Positions 36,250 to 49,490 of a stretch of 64,000 bases of DNA are shown piece by piece; the first letter of the stretch is position 1, and each line of letters starts with the position of its first letter. A program made the position numbers and the translations under genes. Source of the DNA: Octopus bimaculoides (taxonomy: Eukaryota). The stretch is from NCBI RefSeq assembly GCF_001194135.2, contig NC_068995.1, positions 37,527,968-37,591,967 on the forward strand, in the 5' to 3' direction. The notes beneath the pieces were generated by a model. That model saw only the letters and a list, made by a program, of their open reading frames with translations. It had not been told where the DNA came from and did no database searches.

Positions 36250-37830
36250 CTGTGGGTATGCAAACAGGAAATACCAGTTGCTACCTAATGACTACATAAA
36301 TTTTATTAAAAATTTGATTTATCTATAACATTTGAAGAAAGCTATTCTACAGCAAATGTTTAGACGTTATTTTAGACCTTAACACTTCAACATATTCTAC
36401 CTTTCATAAACCTAATGAATATCTAAAATATATAAACGTTAATTCAAACCACGATATACCACTACTTAATAATATGGTTAATAGTATATCTACTAGAGTA
36501 TCTGACCTATTTTATAATGAAGAAATTTTTAATAATCACGCTAATTATTATAACCAGGCTTTAGCTGCTAGTGGGTTCAAATAATGCATTAAATATGTTA
36601 AGGATACTAAACTAAAGATCTACATAGCACAAATGGAATTAAACAAAGCTGCATGTTATACTAAAATAAGAAATAAAGATAACCTCAAAAATAAAAATAA
36701 CACTCAATTAATACAAAATGAAGAAACGTCTATAAAATACAACAAAAAATATAGAAAAGTGATGATAGACAAAGAAATAAATATAGTAATAACAATAAAT
36801 ACTTAGCAAAAAAATACACGAATCCTTAAATCAATATATAAATGTAATAAAGTACTTAATAAGAGCGGAAAGAGAGAAATTTTTTGGTATACACCTCCAT
36901 TTTCATTAACTTTTAAGGGTGTAGCAAAAACAGTTTTTAAATATAGTTTAATAAAAGCTTTTCTAGTAATTATAAATATCACCATATATTTAACAGATCA
37001 TCAATTAAAATATCCTTCTCTACAACACCAAACATAAGATCTATTATTACCAGTTTTAATAGAAGAAAGTTTAATAAATATAAAAATAGCTTTAGTAATA
37101 GCAGCAATAACGTTACTAATAATGAAATAAACAGATAATGCTCAAAATACTAGAACACATAGTAATGATATCAATAGAACAAACTCCCGACGAAATTTGA
37201 AAATATACAATATGCCTTAGGTAATACAATACCACAAACTAATAGTAATAATAATTCACAAATAGTAAACATATCTGACTCTAAGATAAATAAGACTATA
37301 GCAAATTCAATGATAACATATCAAATAATCATAATAATATTAAATATTTTACCTCTGAACAGAAATATAAAAATAAAAATTGCTCATGTAAAAATCAAGA
37401 ATCATGCCCTTTAGAAGGTAAATGTAGAAGATTCAACATGATATCCAAGTACATAGTTACATTAACGGATAAGTTAAGAGCTTAAGTAATATGGTATACA
37501 TAAGGAGTTCTGTTAATTTCAGGCAAATATTTTTAGCATACATACATTCCTTTAAGCCTAATATAACTAGCAATACTACTTCATTAGCTACCCATATACA
37601 TCAACTGAAACAAAATAAAGTTAACTATAGATTACATTTGTCAATAATAGATTCGGCTACACTATACACGCATAAGTCTAATATTTGCCGTCGTCTCTGT
37701 ACACAGAAATCACTGTATATTTTACTGTATAGTCAAAAGAATTTAATAAATTGTCAATCAGAAGCGCTATCAACATGTAGACATAGGTTTTATAAAACTT
37801 TTAAATATTATAAAAGATGCAATAAAGATT
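36250..37830 (+). mobile_element. Naiad-like PLE, degenerate (RT thumb to GIY-YIG/CCHH end)
   Basis: NVLDVILDLN..Y..FHKPN...YINVNSNH...YNQALAASGF; IFWYTPPFS; HHIFNRSSIKISFSTTPN; SCPLEGKC; TSLATHIHQLKQN; ICRRLC.QK; LINCQSEALSTCRHR. Confidence 0.82.
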
Positions 37831-38299
37831 TACATTAGTGTCCATTATTTATTATTTATACTAGCGATATCAAAATAAGGAGATAATTATAGATTCGTAG
37901 ATAAAGTAATTAAAATATTTTTGACTATAAACATATTTACACGACATATATTATACATTAAACGATTGATAAATTGGTTTTCTTAGAATTTGAACCTGTA
38001 CACAATGAATAGATTTTTACAATTGTAAAATAATAATAAAAAAATTTAAATCTAAAATTTAAATTGATATCTTCCAGCAATACAAATAATAATTTAATGC
38101 TAATACTTTTGATCACCAAAATCAACCTTCTACATCTCATATATCGTTTGTAAGTTATTTCATCGTTATTGATATTGGTTAAGTTTGCATTATTCGTTTA
38201 GTAATTTCTTGATATTATTGTTGTTGAACCTTTGATATCTGTATTCTGTGTTTAACAGACGCAAAGAACTGTTGTTCCCCTCCATGAGTAGGGGGGGGG

Positions 38300-38820
38300 G
38301 AATAATTATTTGAAAAGAATGAACATTGAAAACATGTCTTCAAATGAAAAAAAGTGTTGAAAAAATAATGAATTCCTCGGTATCTGTGAACGTTAAAATG
38401 AATAATTCCATTGTAAAAGATACAAATCATATTGAAAATAAAAAAAAAGATTAATTTTACTGCTGCGGCAGGTATAACAAAAGACAAATTGTGTGTTGAA
38501 CCAGGTGTGTTATTGCAACACACAAATGTATTTGCAAGAGAGGGTTTCGATGCCAGGGCCACCCTCCCAAACGAACTAATAGAACGAACCTAAAAAAGAA
38601 TTATTATCTTTAAATCCATATAAATAAAGAAAATCGAAAAGGCTACTAACGAACAAATAGAAAAATGCTTACAGCCGATATGGCAAGATGTCGAGATTCT
38701 AACAAGAGGGAAAAGGTATGCGACGGTGGTCGTATACTTCACAGATGAAGAAAAAGCGATGAAATACTGATACAACCATTAAAAACAAATGAGATAGTGC
38801 TACTGCTGACGTACCTAGGT
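38300..38820 (+). mobile_element. Tx1/L1-clade ORF1 fragment (paralog of 12689-13168)
   Basis: REGF...IIIFKSI..KKIEKATNEQIEKCLQPIWQDVEILTRGKRYATVVVYF.DEEKA...LKTNEIVLLLTYLG aligns to REGS...TVIYKSF..KKLNDASKETVELCLHPVWNDVVYITRGVKYSTIEIRF.TEAKA...LKAAEMVLLPTYLG. Confidence 0.8.
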
Positions 38821-39075
38821 TGTGGTAATCATTATATTGGCCAAACAGGAAAATCGCTCCGTCGGAGAACCACCCTCCACAAAGAAAAAATCCGCCACGC
38901 ACAATACAGACAGAGACAGGTCAGTGAACACATAGAAAGGTGTGCTAGGAAACTTAATCCTAATTTCCTAATTTTCCCCTTCTAACAATGTACACAGAAC
39001 ACCTCAATACAGCAAAGAATGAATAAAAAGGTAACTTTCATCAATAAATATCTTCCACAACTCAATATGAACAAA
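38818..39075 (+). mobile_element. Neptune-like PLE GIY-YIG endonuclease fragment
   Basis: GCGNHYIGQTGKSLRRRTTLHKEKIRH..YRQ..VSEHIERCA...FLIFPF ... FINKYLPQLN; same family type as the 28815-29200 domain. Confidence 0.85.
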
Positions 39076-39485
39076 TAACATAATACGGAATACTACTAAA
39101 CTTCATTTAATACACCATACACCATTCACATTGCATATTTATATCTACCCTAATTGCACCAAATCCAGAACTACTTACCTCCCTTACACGTATTCTTTTT
39201 ACTCAGGGACTAGTAGACCCGACACCGTTCGGAAATCGGTGCGCATTCAAATTAATTTTACGAAACCAGTATGCCTGTGAATCTCTTTAATAATTCACAA
39301 TAATGACTTTTATTACTTTTACTTTTTTTGATTTCCAATGTGCAATTTCTCTTTTTCTCTTCTTACTTTTCCGTTACATTTCCACGTGTAGTTTCTATTT
39401 TCTTTTTGTAACATATTTCTATTATATATATNNNNNNNNNNNNNNNNNNNNNNNNNNNNNNNNNNNNNNNNNNNNNNNNNNNNNN

Positions 39486-39530
<45 letters not shown>

Positions 39531-42439
39531 ATAGTTATGGTATATTCTGTGAAGTACAGTATAAAGCTGGTCTACCTTCAGATTTAAACCTGCCTTATCC
39601 AGTAGTAGTATAATACGTACTTCCAGGTTTGTATTTGGACATCTGTCGTGTATGAATAGACAATGGAAACAGTTTTGGAGTCAACAAGGAGTTTGGTTGG
39701 ATATTTGTTTTCAATGACTATAACTATTTTTACGTTACGTCGTTCCTCATGCATGCAGGTACTTGATTATGCAACCGTTTCCCTACGTTATGAGATCGAG
39801 TTGTTTCCTCAGGCGATATGTAAATGTCGAGGCCTAAATTTAGTAGTAGTCACTGAGTTTATCAAGGTGTGTTGATGTTGAAGGGCAAACTGTTTTGAAT
39901 GTGTAGATATAGTGGGATGGTATTTCTGCTACATATACCTATACATGTTTAACTTCATAATTATTTGCATCATTTTAAAAATATTTTCCATATATTTCTA
40001 TCTTTGTATTCTTTTATTATTATTTTTACTTATCTAGTTTGTATTCTGTAATTTTTTATATATTTTATATTCTTCATATTTTTTATATATTCTTTTATGT
40101 TTTTTTTTTATATATCATTTATGTATTTCTTTAAAGATTATTTATTTTTTACAGTTTATGTTATATATACTTCGTCGTATATTTTATGATTATAACCCTT
40201 ATCTTTTAAATACATTACATTTGTTATTAGCTTATGGGCCTAAATTCTAAATTTCTATATCTAATACATTTCTATATATATTTTTAGATAATTTTTTCTT
40301 CACTTTTTTCTAATAATTTTAAATATAATTTATTCATCTCCTGTATATCTAATTTCTAAACTTATCTTAATGCTATAACATTATAACTATGCAAAAATTA
40401 TGATAGTACTCTTCTCTATTGCGGAACTGATTTCCACCCCTATTTTATTTTATTTTAAAATTTTATTCCATTGTATTTCAATTTCTTTAATGCGGTAAAG
40501 GATATAAATAAATTCTTTTCATTACCATCCCCTCCCTGTCACTTACTCCCTTATTACTACCCTATGCCTTGCCCATTTGCGAAGATTCAGCCAACATATT
40601 GTGCCATCACTTTTGATAATTTAGTAGGCTGGCCTGACGCTAATTGCTTCTCTTACCACTGACCATTGGACATAAACATCTTCCTCAATACTATCGAAGG
40701 AACGCAGATAAACATCTTCCTCAAGACTATCGGAGCCGATCCTTCATCCTTCATCTATTGTATCGGTCATTTATGTCAATTATCTCCCCCACACTAATAT
40801 AAAATCTAATAACACTAAATTCTTCTTTGTTTCGACCAAGTATACACTATTCTGATAAGTTCATCCTGACAACTGAATTGTAGAAGAATCAATGTAAATA
40901 TTTTTCCATTGGATTTACAATTGTTTTTTTCTTTTATAAATTTACTCCAGGTAATAACAGATGGAATGGCAAATGAGTTCACCATATAGAGACAAGTGCA
41001 CGCCATTGAATTATAGCCCGAAATACTCGAGTACCACACCCTAAGTCTCCATAATTAGTACCCAGTGATAGGCCAAGCAAGACGACTGGTTTTCACATGA
41101 CAACAACCAGCAAAATACACTCAGATTGTGACCACCTCCAATTTCCAAATCAGAGCCCGATAAGCAGATGCAGTTATGCCCATATATATATATATATATA
41201 TATATAAAGAATAATAAAGGAGTTACGACGCAAAAACGTATAAATTCAAATGAACATATTTATCTTCTTCAATATATATTTCAGTATAAATAATTCATTA
41301 ATTATTATATATANNNNNNNNNNNNNNNNNNNNNNNNNNNNNNNNNNNNNNNNNNNNNNNNNNNNNNNNNNNNNNNNNNNNNNNNNNNNNNNNNNNNNNN
41401 NNNNNNNNNNNNNNNNNNNNNNNNNNNNNNNNNNNNNNNNNNNNNNNNNNNNNNNNNNNNNNNNNNNNNNNNNNNNNNNNNNNNNNNNNNNNNNNNNNNN
41501 NNNNNNNNNNNNNNNNNNNNNNNNNNNNNNNNNNNNNNNNNNNNNNNNNNNNNNNNNNNNNNNNNNNNNNNNNNNNNNNNNNNNNNNNNNNNNNNNNNNN
41601 NNNNNNNNNNNNNNNNNNNNNNNNNNNNNNNNNNNNNNNNNNNNNNNNNNNNNNNNNNNNNNNNAACAGATTGTACGGAACGCCACATGGCTAAATCAAA
41701 GGTAGAACAGAAAGAACACAACAGAAACGAACGAAAACGCCAATAATAATGAAGAAATAAAAAGTCTTTTTCCCCAAAATTCTGACAAAATTTTTTTCAA
41801 TATATATATATATATATATATATCTATATGCATAATAAAATAATTTATGTGAAATACAGAGTGTACTGTAAACTTTCATTGGAACAACTATAGTTTCGGC
41901 TTACATTTGCGCTGCCCTTGGGGAACAGTATAATGAAATCGAATGCTCCCTACATTACTGAGGGAACCTTATCAGGCTACACAATGCGTTACAGCGTTAT
42001 AATATGTACATTTCGCTACTGTGTGTGGCAGAAAGTTGTTGGTATGATGCATGCCTTTGTAATAGTTCACATGCGTTTATAGTAGTTCGCAAATCCATTA
42101 CAGTAATGAACTTCATTTTTCGACTGCTATGATTGTCAGTTGTTTAACGTTTTGCAATTCAATTAGATTTTTCCATCCTATATTATTTAGGTTTGTGTTA
42201 ATTCAAGATATGGTTGCAGATGTTATCTAGTGTCTTATTCCTGCTTTTACGAGGAAGATAATTGCTTTTGCTTCTAGACAGAGATTCATCCTTGTTGTAA
42301 TCAGTTAATACTTAATTCTGTAATAACGCAATTAAGTATCAAATGATTACAACAGAAGGTTGAATTAGTGGTCAAAAGCAAAAGCAATTATCTTCCACCT
42401 GAAGGTAGGAATAAAACACTAGATGATATCTGCGACCAT

Positions 42440-42935
42440 ATCTTGAATTAACACAAACCTCAACAATATATAATGGAAAAATCTAATTGAACTGCAAACC
42501 GACAAAGAAGTGATAATAAGAGAAACCGACAAAGGAAGTGTTCTAGCTCTGATGAACCCAGAATACTGCAAAAACCTAGTAGTGTCTATGTTAGAAATCG
42601 ATACCGTCTAGTTAAATGTTGAAAACAATAAACAACAAGCACCAATGAAAGATCTTGCATCCTTGCAACAATATTCAAGCACCAGAAGATTTAAAGTTAA
42701 GATATATTATAGCTAGCCCAGAATGTGAAGCTCACTGCTTGAAGAACTTTCTAGACTTCCCACTGAAACTCCTTTTGAAATACATCAAAAATTTCATTAG
42801 AGACTATCTAGATGTGATAAAACACCTTCTCAAAACAATCAATGAAGAGACAGTGATGGTCTCCTTCGATGTTGTTAATCTATACACCAATATCTCACAC
42901 AACTATGGAATGATCAAATACTTTTGCATAAACTA
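42440..42935 (+). mobile_element. PLE reverse transcriptase N-terminal fragment
   Basis: VIIRETDKGSVLALMN..Y, LKLRYIIASPECEAH.L..FLD..LK, FIRDYLD, MVSFDVVNLYTNI. Confidence 0.85.
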
Positions 42936-43128
42936 ACTGGATGGAAAAGGAGAAAATACATTTGTGAATTTAAACCTCATATTTTGATGTGTGGTAAAAT
43001 AAAATAAACTTTATATTTGTTCAAAATATATGAATTGTATGCATTTCCTTAATTTGTTAAGTTTGTGTGCGTATGTGCGTGTGTGTGTATGTGTGTGTGT
43101 GTGTGTGTGTGTATGTAGATATATATAT

Positions 43129-43185
<57 letters not shown>

Positions 43186-43218
43186 TATGTATATGCATGT
43201 ATGTATATATATATATAT

Positions 43219-43272
43219 GTGGTGCTGTAGCATGGCTGCAGTCCAATGACTGAAACAAGTAAAAGATAAAAA
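43219..43272 (+). mobile_element. SINE family B 3' tail
   Basis: gtggtgctgtagcatggctgcagtccaatgactgaaacaagtaaaaga matches the ends of the 21310 and 50968 copies. Confidence 0.8.
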
Positions 43273-43339
43273 AATATGCGAGTGTGTGTGTGTTTACGAT
43301 TCCCAGAGCAACGGAGCCTCGGGCTTATCATTCTCTTAC

Positions 43340-44060
43340 TACTGTGAGAAAATTCACGCCTTTTAAAATCGGTTGCTGGTGTATTCACATTGTGAAACGG
43401 TAGTCTCCGAAGAGGGTCACTTTACAGAACAATCTAGTCGTTCTACATCTTATTAGATGGGGAGAACAAAAGGATGCAAAAGAGAAGATGGTGTAGCACT
43501 CATGGTAAAGAATTTCAAACTTCCAAATTTGGAAGAGCAGTCCTGTGGTTTTACTAAGCAGCTGATATAAATGAATATGCCCTTATCAAACATCAATTAC
43601 ACTATTGTGTTCTGATGATGAAAGTTAGCATTTTAACTTTTGCTAAAAGAACTCGTTCAGATTCCTTTTGCTCATGAAATTGTCAAACTGGGCGACTTCA
43701 ATGCTAGAGTTGGCAAGAATTATCAAACCTAGGATGCAATTGGAAACATAGAGCCAGAAATGGCTGTTATTGACTTTTCCTGCTATACATGTGTCACGTG
43801 CAGGATTTGTGCACAGCAAACGAAATGTTCCAGCAGATAGGTAAACAAATATGTTCCGGCATGCATTCGGGCTCGAAGCCTTGGCATATGATATATTGAT
43901 CTTGCTTGTAAACCTGAACTTTGTTATGTTTATAGCTTCCGTGTTATACAAGGTGCTAAATGGATGTCCATGTTCATGCAAATGTGTAGTTTGTTACAAA
44001 TCGAAGTTAAGAGCCAGTAGTGTGACCATTACGTCATCTCATCTGAATGATAATTCCATT
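43340..44060 (+). mobile_element. RTE-clade LINE APE endonuclease remnant
   Basis: LCETVVSEEGHFTE...GR....KREDGVAL, KLGDFNARVGK and MHSGSKPWHM match the RTE motifs LSETRLADEG, GDFNARVG and WMHPRSKHWH. Confidence 0.78.
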
Positions 44061-44269
44061 TAAGAGGAGTCGTAGAATTGGGGAAGGGAATAGGGGACAT
44101 TCAATAGTTTGTGTGAAGACTTTAAAATGTCTGCGCATGGCGATTGCAAAGATGTTCTGGTGTTAGTGAGAGGAAAGCGTCAAGACAGATGGTGTATATG
44201 AGGATACATCTCATACCTTATCGTGGTCTATATTAAGAAGTTCTTTGGGTATCTTGGATTGGACGCGCA

Positions 44270-44575
44270 GCAAAGCTTTTTTTTTACATCTCATACGTAA
44301 ATTTCAGATGAAAGCAAAGATATCGCATCTGTTGTCATCAAATCTTTTGTAAGGTTAGCTCAGATAGCAAGGACTCCAGTTACCCACAGCAAGTACTAAC
44401 GGCAGTTTGTTTCTGGAGAGGTTCTCTTCTGACAAGTGGGAATTTATACACATTGTGCACTATGTTGCCTACTCGGTAGCTCACTGTCAAAGTTGTTTAC
44501 ACACGTACGAAGCATAATTTATCTAAGATGTCTCTTCTCACAAGAAAGATGAATGTAATATATCACGCAGGTGTT
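44270..44575 (-). mobile_element. Possible RTE 3'-end remnant
   Basis: Very degenerate minus frames (HLRDIL..., QLPSRQH...) loosely resemble LRKIL...QLRWxGHV. Confidence 0.25.
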
Positions 44576-44829
44576 TATCAGGATATTAAATGCCCTCAGT
44601 GAACTTGATTTATTTTATAACGCATTCATGGTGTTAACACATTCAGTATTAATAATATATTATTATTGAAATAGACATACAATGATGCTAAGAAAATACC
44701 CTTCTTATAAAATATCATAAATCTTGAAATATTTGAAGAATTTATATTGAAACTTGGAATCATACACATTTTATTCATTCACTGATTAAGTGCGACAATC
44801 TCTTCTTTTCTCTTCTTTCTTTTCGTTCC

Positions 44830-44913
44830 CTCTCTTTCTCTTTCTCTGTCCCTCTCTGTCAATGTCTGTCTGTCTCAGTCTGTCTGTCTGTGTGTGTCTC
44901 TCTGTCTCTGTTC

Positions 44914-44951
<38 letters not shown>

Positions 44952-44958
44952 ATCTCTT
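44830..44958. repeat. (CT)n/(CTGT)n microsatellite
   Basis: Direct reading. Confidence 0.92.
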
Positions 44959-45336
44959 TCCCTTATTCTAATTAATGTTACTATTTCTCTCTGGTAATAA
45001 TTTCCATTGTGAAATAAGGAACCCTGGTTTAACTTTCAAATAACTGATGTAAGGACGCACTTATCATATTTAGTTATAGTAAGAGCGTTAAGAACAATGT
45101 TAATGTTGCTAGTGCTACTTATGATGTTGATGATGTGCTGATTGATAGTAAGTACAAGGAGAGGAAATGACAACTAAAACTATATGATTGTTTAATGTAA
45201 GTTTTCCTGATAATTTTAAATTTGTTTGAAGCTTTTCAGTGATTATTTCATTTTAAGTCCATTATCGATCTAAGTAAAGTTCCCCCAATTGACAACCGAA
45301 AGTTTATTATACTGAGAACTAGAATAAACTACTGAG

Positions 45337-46260
45337 CCCTCATTCATAAGTTTGTTCCTGTTTAAGCTTTTCTGTAACTGTGTCAACATCTAACACAACT
45401 GAATGTGAGGTCTTTAATTCCCTTTTCTGAAAAGTGACTTTGGCATATTTATCAAGATGAAATTCTATCCCGATGTCATTCCTGAATGCTTTCACAGTAC
45501 GTAATATGCCTTTAAACTCTTTATTGTCTTTACCATAGACTTTTAAGTCATCCATGTAAAATAGATGGCTTGGTTTCTAACACCTGGTTACGTGCATTTA
45601 ATTCAGATTTTAGGACTGCTCGAACTCTCCTGTAATATTCCCTTCTGATTTTCTCTCTCATGCTTGCACGCTGAATACTAGAGCCCTCATTTATTCCGAG
45701 GTAATTATAAGTTTGTTCCCGTTTAAGTTCTTCTATAAATGTGTGAACATCTAACACCAATGAATGTGAAGTCTCCAATTTCCTTTTCTGGAAAGTGACT
45801 TTGGCACATTTATGAAGACGAATATCCCGATATCATTGATGAATACTTTCACAGTACGTAATACGCCTTCAATCTCATTATTGTCTTTACCATTCCCTTT
45901 AAATCATCCATATAAAATAGATGCCTTGTTTTCGTGTTGTCAATTTTATACCCATACCTTTTTCTGTTAAGTCCACTTGTAAGAAAGTATTAGGGTTATG
46001 CAAGAAATTAGAAGTAAAAGTGAGTTACCATGGAAAATGCCACAATTGATATTGATATTCTTTGAAGTCACTACTCCATTAGGCTGGTATAATTAGAGAT
46101 TTGTATTCCACACTAACATCGGCTTCAGGAAGTTGGAAATTGCAGGAAAAAGTTTGAAGATATCCAGCGATTTCAAGACCCATGTACGCTGTATTCTGTC
46201 AGAGGACTTTTAATAATAAATCCACGCGGAACTGAGGTTTCTGCCTTTGTTATGACATAT
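45337..46260 (-). mobile_element. R4/Dong-clade RT fragment with a duplicated YMDD segment
   Basis: NINCGIFHGNSL, LFYMDDLK.., KVTFQK, QTY.YLGINEG..IQ...MREKIR.EYYRRVR.VLKSELN. Segment ~45347-45570 is a diverged copy of ~45708-45928. Confidence 0.85.
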
Positions 46261-46268
46261 CTCAAGGA

Positions 46269-46467
<199 letters not shown>

Positions 46468-46682
46468 GTTCAGTAGTTTTATTTTTATAACGTGCTTTCA
46501 CTTCACTACCGAGCGCAGCTCTGTGTGCCTTGGGTATGTGCTGTGGTTTGCTGTGATGCTCTTATGTTTACTGTATTGAAAGTGTTTTGCGTTGGATGTG
46601 TGCAGTGCCCAGTAGTGCAATTTTCTGTATGTTATATATATTTGTAAGTTCTGGTGTTTTTTTTATGTGTTTGTCTGAATAT
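46468..46682 (-). mobile_element. R4/Dong-like LINE extreme 3' end embedded in an (AAT)/(AAG) array
   Basis: Minus frame reads DKHIKKTPELTNIYNIQKIALLGTAHIQRKTLSIQ* (LQK..LLGTAxILR-type RLE-LINE terminus), then a short 3' UTR and (AAT)n. Confidence 0.8.
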
Positions 46683-46763
46683 CTTCTTCTTCTTCTTCTT
46701 CTTCTTCTTCTTCTTCTTCTTCTTCTTCTTCTTCTTCTTCTTCTTCTTCTTCTTCTTCTTCTT

Positions 46764-46834
<71 letters not shown>

Positions 46835-46845
46835 CATTATTATTA
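46682..46845. repeat. (CTT)n(ATT)n microsatellite
   Basis: Direct reading. Confidence 0.95.
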
Positions 46846-48116
46846 GTCAATGAGAAATATCTTGATGTGCTCATGTTATGGAACATTATCACAAATGAAG
46901 AGACATCTCTTGGCAATATACATTTCAGAGATAAGTTTTATTTTCTGTTTACAAGTTTATATTCTTTAAAGAGATTCATTTTAACCATTTAATGACCAGC
47001 AGCGTCATTGGAAAATCTAAACGGCTGTCAATTTAGTGCTACTTGGTGAATAATAAATCAAGATGTGCCTCCTCACATTGCGATAACAATGTTTTGTTGG
47101 AGATTTCTAAAAATCATTTCACAGAAAAAAATGTTTTGAAGATGTTCTTGTTATATTGTATTGTTTTAACAAAAGAAAGAGGAAGTAATTAGAATTCCAA
47201 GTTTAGTGCTTTATAGAGGGACTTTCTAGACGAGAATTCATATAGATAGGATAACTGAAATTATATTGACGATAGTCATGAATAAAAAATTGTGTCACTA
47301 GCATGCAAATATTAATTATATTTGCAATACAACACGTCAAATTACCTAACGTGTTTTTACAATATTATATACACAAAAGTAAAGCAACGTTTTTCAACCG
47401 TTCTATGTGTGACGATTAGACTGAATTAAATACATGTGATAATTATAAACAACAACCTTTACACAATATCATCGGGTTTCAATGCTTATTGGAATCTGAT
47501 GAGAATCTTAGCACCGATTTGTGTAATTTATTCGGTTTAATTGACATACACGGAATCGGTTAAAACTTGGATTTAGTCTTATGTAATTTACTAATGGAAG
47601 TATTTACTAACTATGAGTTGATTATACAAATCGACATTTCCGATTAATTGAAGCGCTTAATTCTAAAGGCTGTAAATGTAAAGTCTCCGTGAACGGTTAT
47701 AGGAAGGTGCTCAACTCCAAAACATATACCAAATGTAATTGAAACATGTTGAAGTAATCTTTCTTTTCTTTTCAGTCCGGAAATGATTGTATAAAAGATA
47801 ATTCATACATACATACATACATACATACATACAGACGTACATACATACACACATACATACATATATACATATATATAAGTATTTATATATATANNNNNNN
47901 NNNNNNNNNNNNNNNNNNNNNNNNNNNNNNNNNNNNNNNNNNNNNNNNNNNNNNNNNNNNNNNNNNNNNNNNNNNNNNNNNNNNNNNNNNNNNNNNNNNN
48001 NNNNNNNNNNNNNNNNNNNNNNNNNNNNNNNNNNNNNNNNNNNNNNNNNNNNNNNNNNNNNNNNNNNNNNNNNNNNNNNNNNNNNNNNNNNNNNNNNNNN
48101 NNNNNNNNNNNNNNNN

Positions 48117-48153
<37 letters not shown>

Positions 48154-48174
48154 ATCATTAATTTTAGGTGTAAA

Positions 48175-49135
48175 CAAATTGTATTGATATCAATGTGTTT
48201 GTATTGAATTACCATTTGTCAAAATCAAGTGTGGAAAACAATATCCATCATGTGGTGTCAGTTTTCATTGATGCATTTCTGAAGGTAATCTTGGAAGTTG
48301 GCGCCCCACCCTCTCCAGCATTGCTCTGTTGATTTGAGTGACTTTGACGCGAAACCGTCCAATGTACGGGGTTTATGCGCCTGCATACGTGCCTTGAGGT
48401 TTCCCCACAAGAAATAATCAGACATGGGCAAATCAGAGGACCGAGATGTCTAAGGAATATCAGAAAACTTGGAAACGAGGCGATCACTGAAAAGAGCGGG
48501 AAGGACGTCCATTGATACCTTGGCTGTGTGGGCCGTCGCCCCATCCTGCTGAAACCACACACGTCCATTATGTATACGCTGTCTTCATAATTCAGACACA
48601 AAGACATTATTTATCACCACTATGTAACGCTCAGACTTCACAGTAACAATATTTTTATTGTTGTCTTCGAGAAAGTAAGGGCCAATGACGGCAGTTTTTC
48701 CAACAGCTCACCAAGCCGTCACTTTTGGGCTGTGCAGTGGTCTTTCGTACAGTTCTCTGGTATTTTCAAGAGCCCGATAATGACAGTTCTGTTGATTCAC
48801 CATACCATTGAGGTAAAAATTAGCCTCATCACTCATTAACAAAGTGAGGTTGTCATTTGTGTCAAAAATTGCTTCCATTTGACGTACGAAGTTAAGCTAC
48901 TGTACAAAGTCTCATGGTTTCAGCTGTTGCTCAATGACCAATTTGTACGGGTGAAAATACATGCCTTCATGCAAATTACGCCTTACCGATCGACTACAGA
49001 TGACAACTATAGTGGAATGCCTCCGAGCACAGTGATTCAGACTCCGTATCAAAGCTTGTCTGACACGTTCCACATTTTCCAGGGTCCGTATAGTTCATGG
49101 CGCCCACACCAGTCTCCCATTCAGAATTGTGGGAA
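48175..49135 (-). mobile_element. Tc1/mariner transposase pseudogene, same family as 9320-10100
   Basis: Minus frames RTLENVERVRQA, FHPYKL, LMSDEANFYLNGMVNQQNCHY..EN..ELYERPLHSPKVT.W.AV....IGPYF. The 3' part (ISCGETSRHVC.RINPVHW in the alternative frame, and ttgatttt...aatacaaacacattg) matches 9830-10050. Confidence 0.88.
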
Positions 49136-49349
49136 TTAAATAAACAGTTGTTCTGGGAAGAAATTAAAACGGACAGAGAATGGAATGAGAAAGTGAACGA
49201 GAGACGGAGAACGAGACAGGGGAAGGAAAGGGGACACAAAGTGATAGAGGAAGAATGACTGCGAAGAATAATCGATAGATTCAAGAACTGAGTTCAGGAA
49301 ACTGTATCTCTTTCATATGTCAAATGACATTTTTCCACCTACCTAGTTC

Positions 49350-49490
49350 TGTACCAATCATGGGCACACTGCGGCCCTTGGAACTTTCTGAATGGCACGC
49401 TTGATGAAAAATTACCGTGAAACTTTTTAGTACTTATAAGATATGTTACATGCGGCCCGTTTGTCGATAAAAGGTTGTCATGCATTTTCT
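49350..49490. mobile_element. Degenerate hAT-type MITE
   Basis: Left end ccaatcatgggcacactgcggccc; right end tgcggcccg...aaaaggttgtcatgc. These resemble cagg(c)atgggcaa / ttgcccatgcctg hAT termini. Confidence 0.42.

Noticed and set aside
37380-37830. Selenocysteine-recoding Naiad
   Set aside because: Visible conserved Cys codons are TGC/TGT and no SECIS is identifiable; the stops present look like decay.
39765-39815. Minus-strand ctgagga...gaaacggtt
   Set aside because: The core is canonical, but stem II and stem I do not pair.
40669-40732. Short direct repeat ataaacatcttcctcaa(t/g)actatcg x2, considered as a CRISPR-like or regular array
   Set aside because: Only two units, in a eukaryotic context; a simple local duplication.
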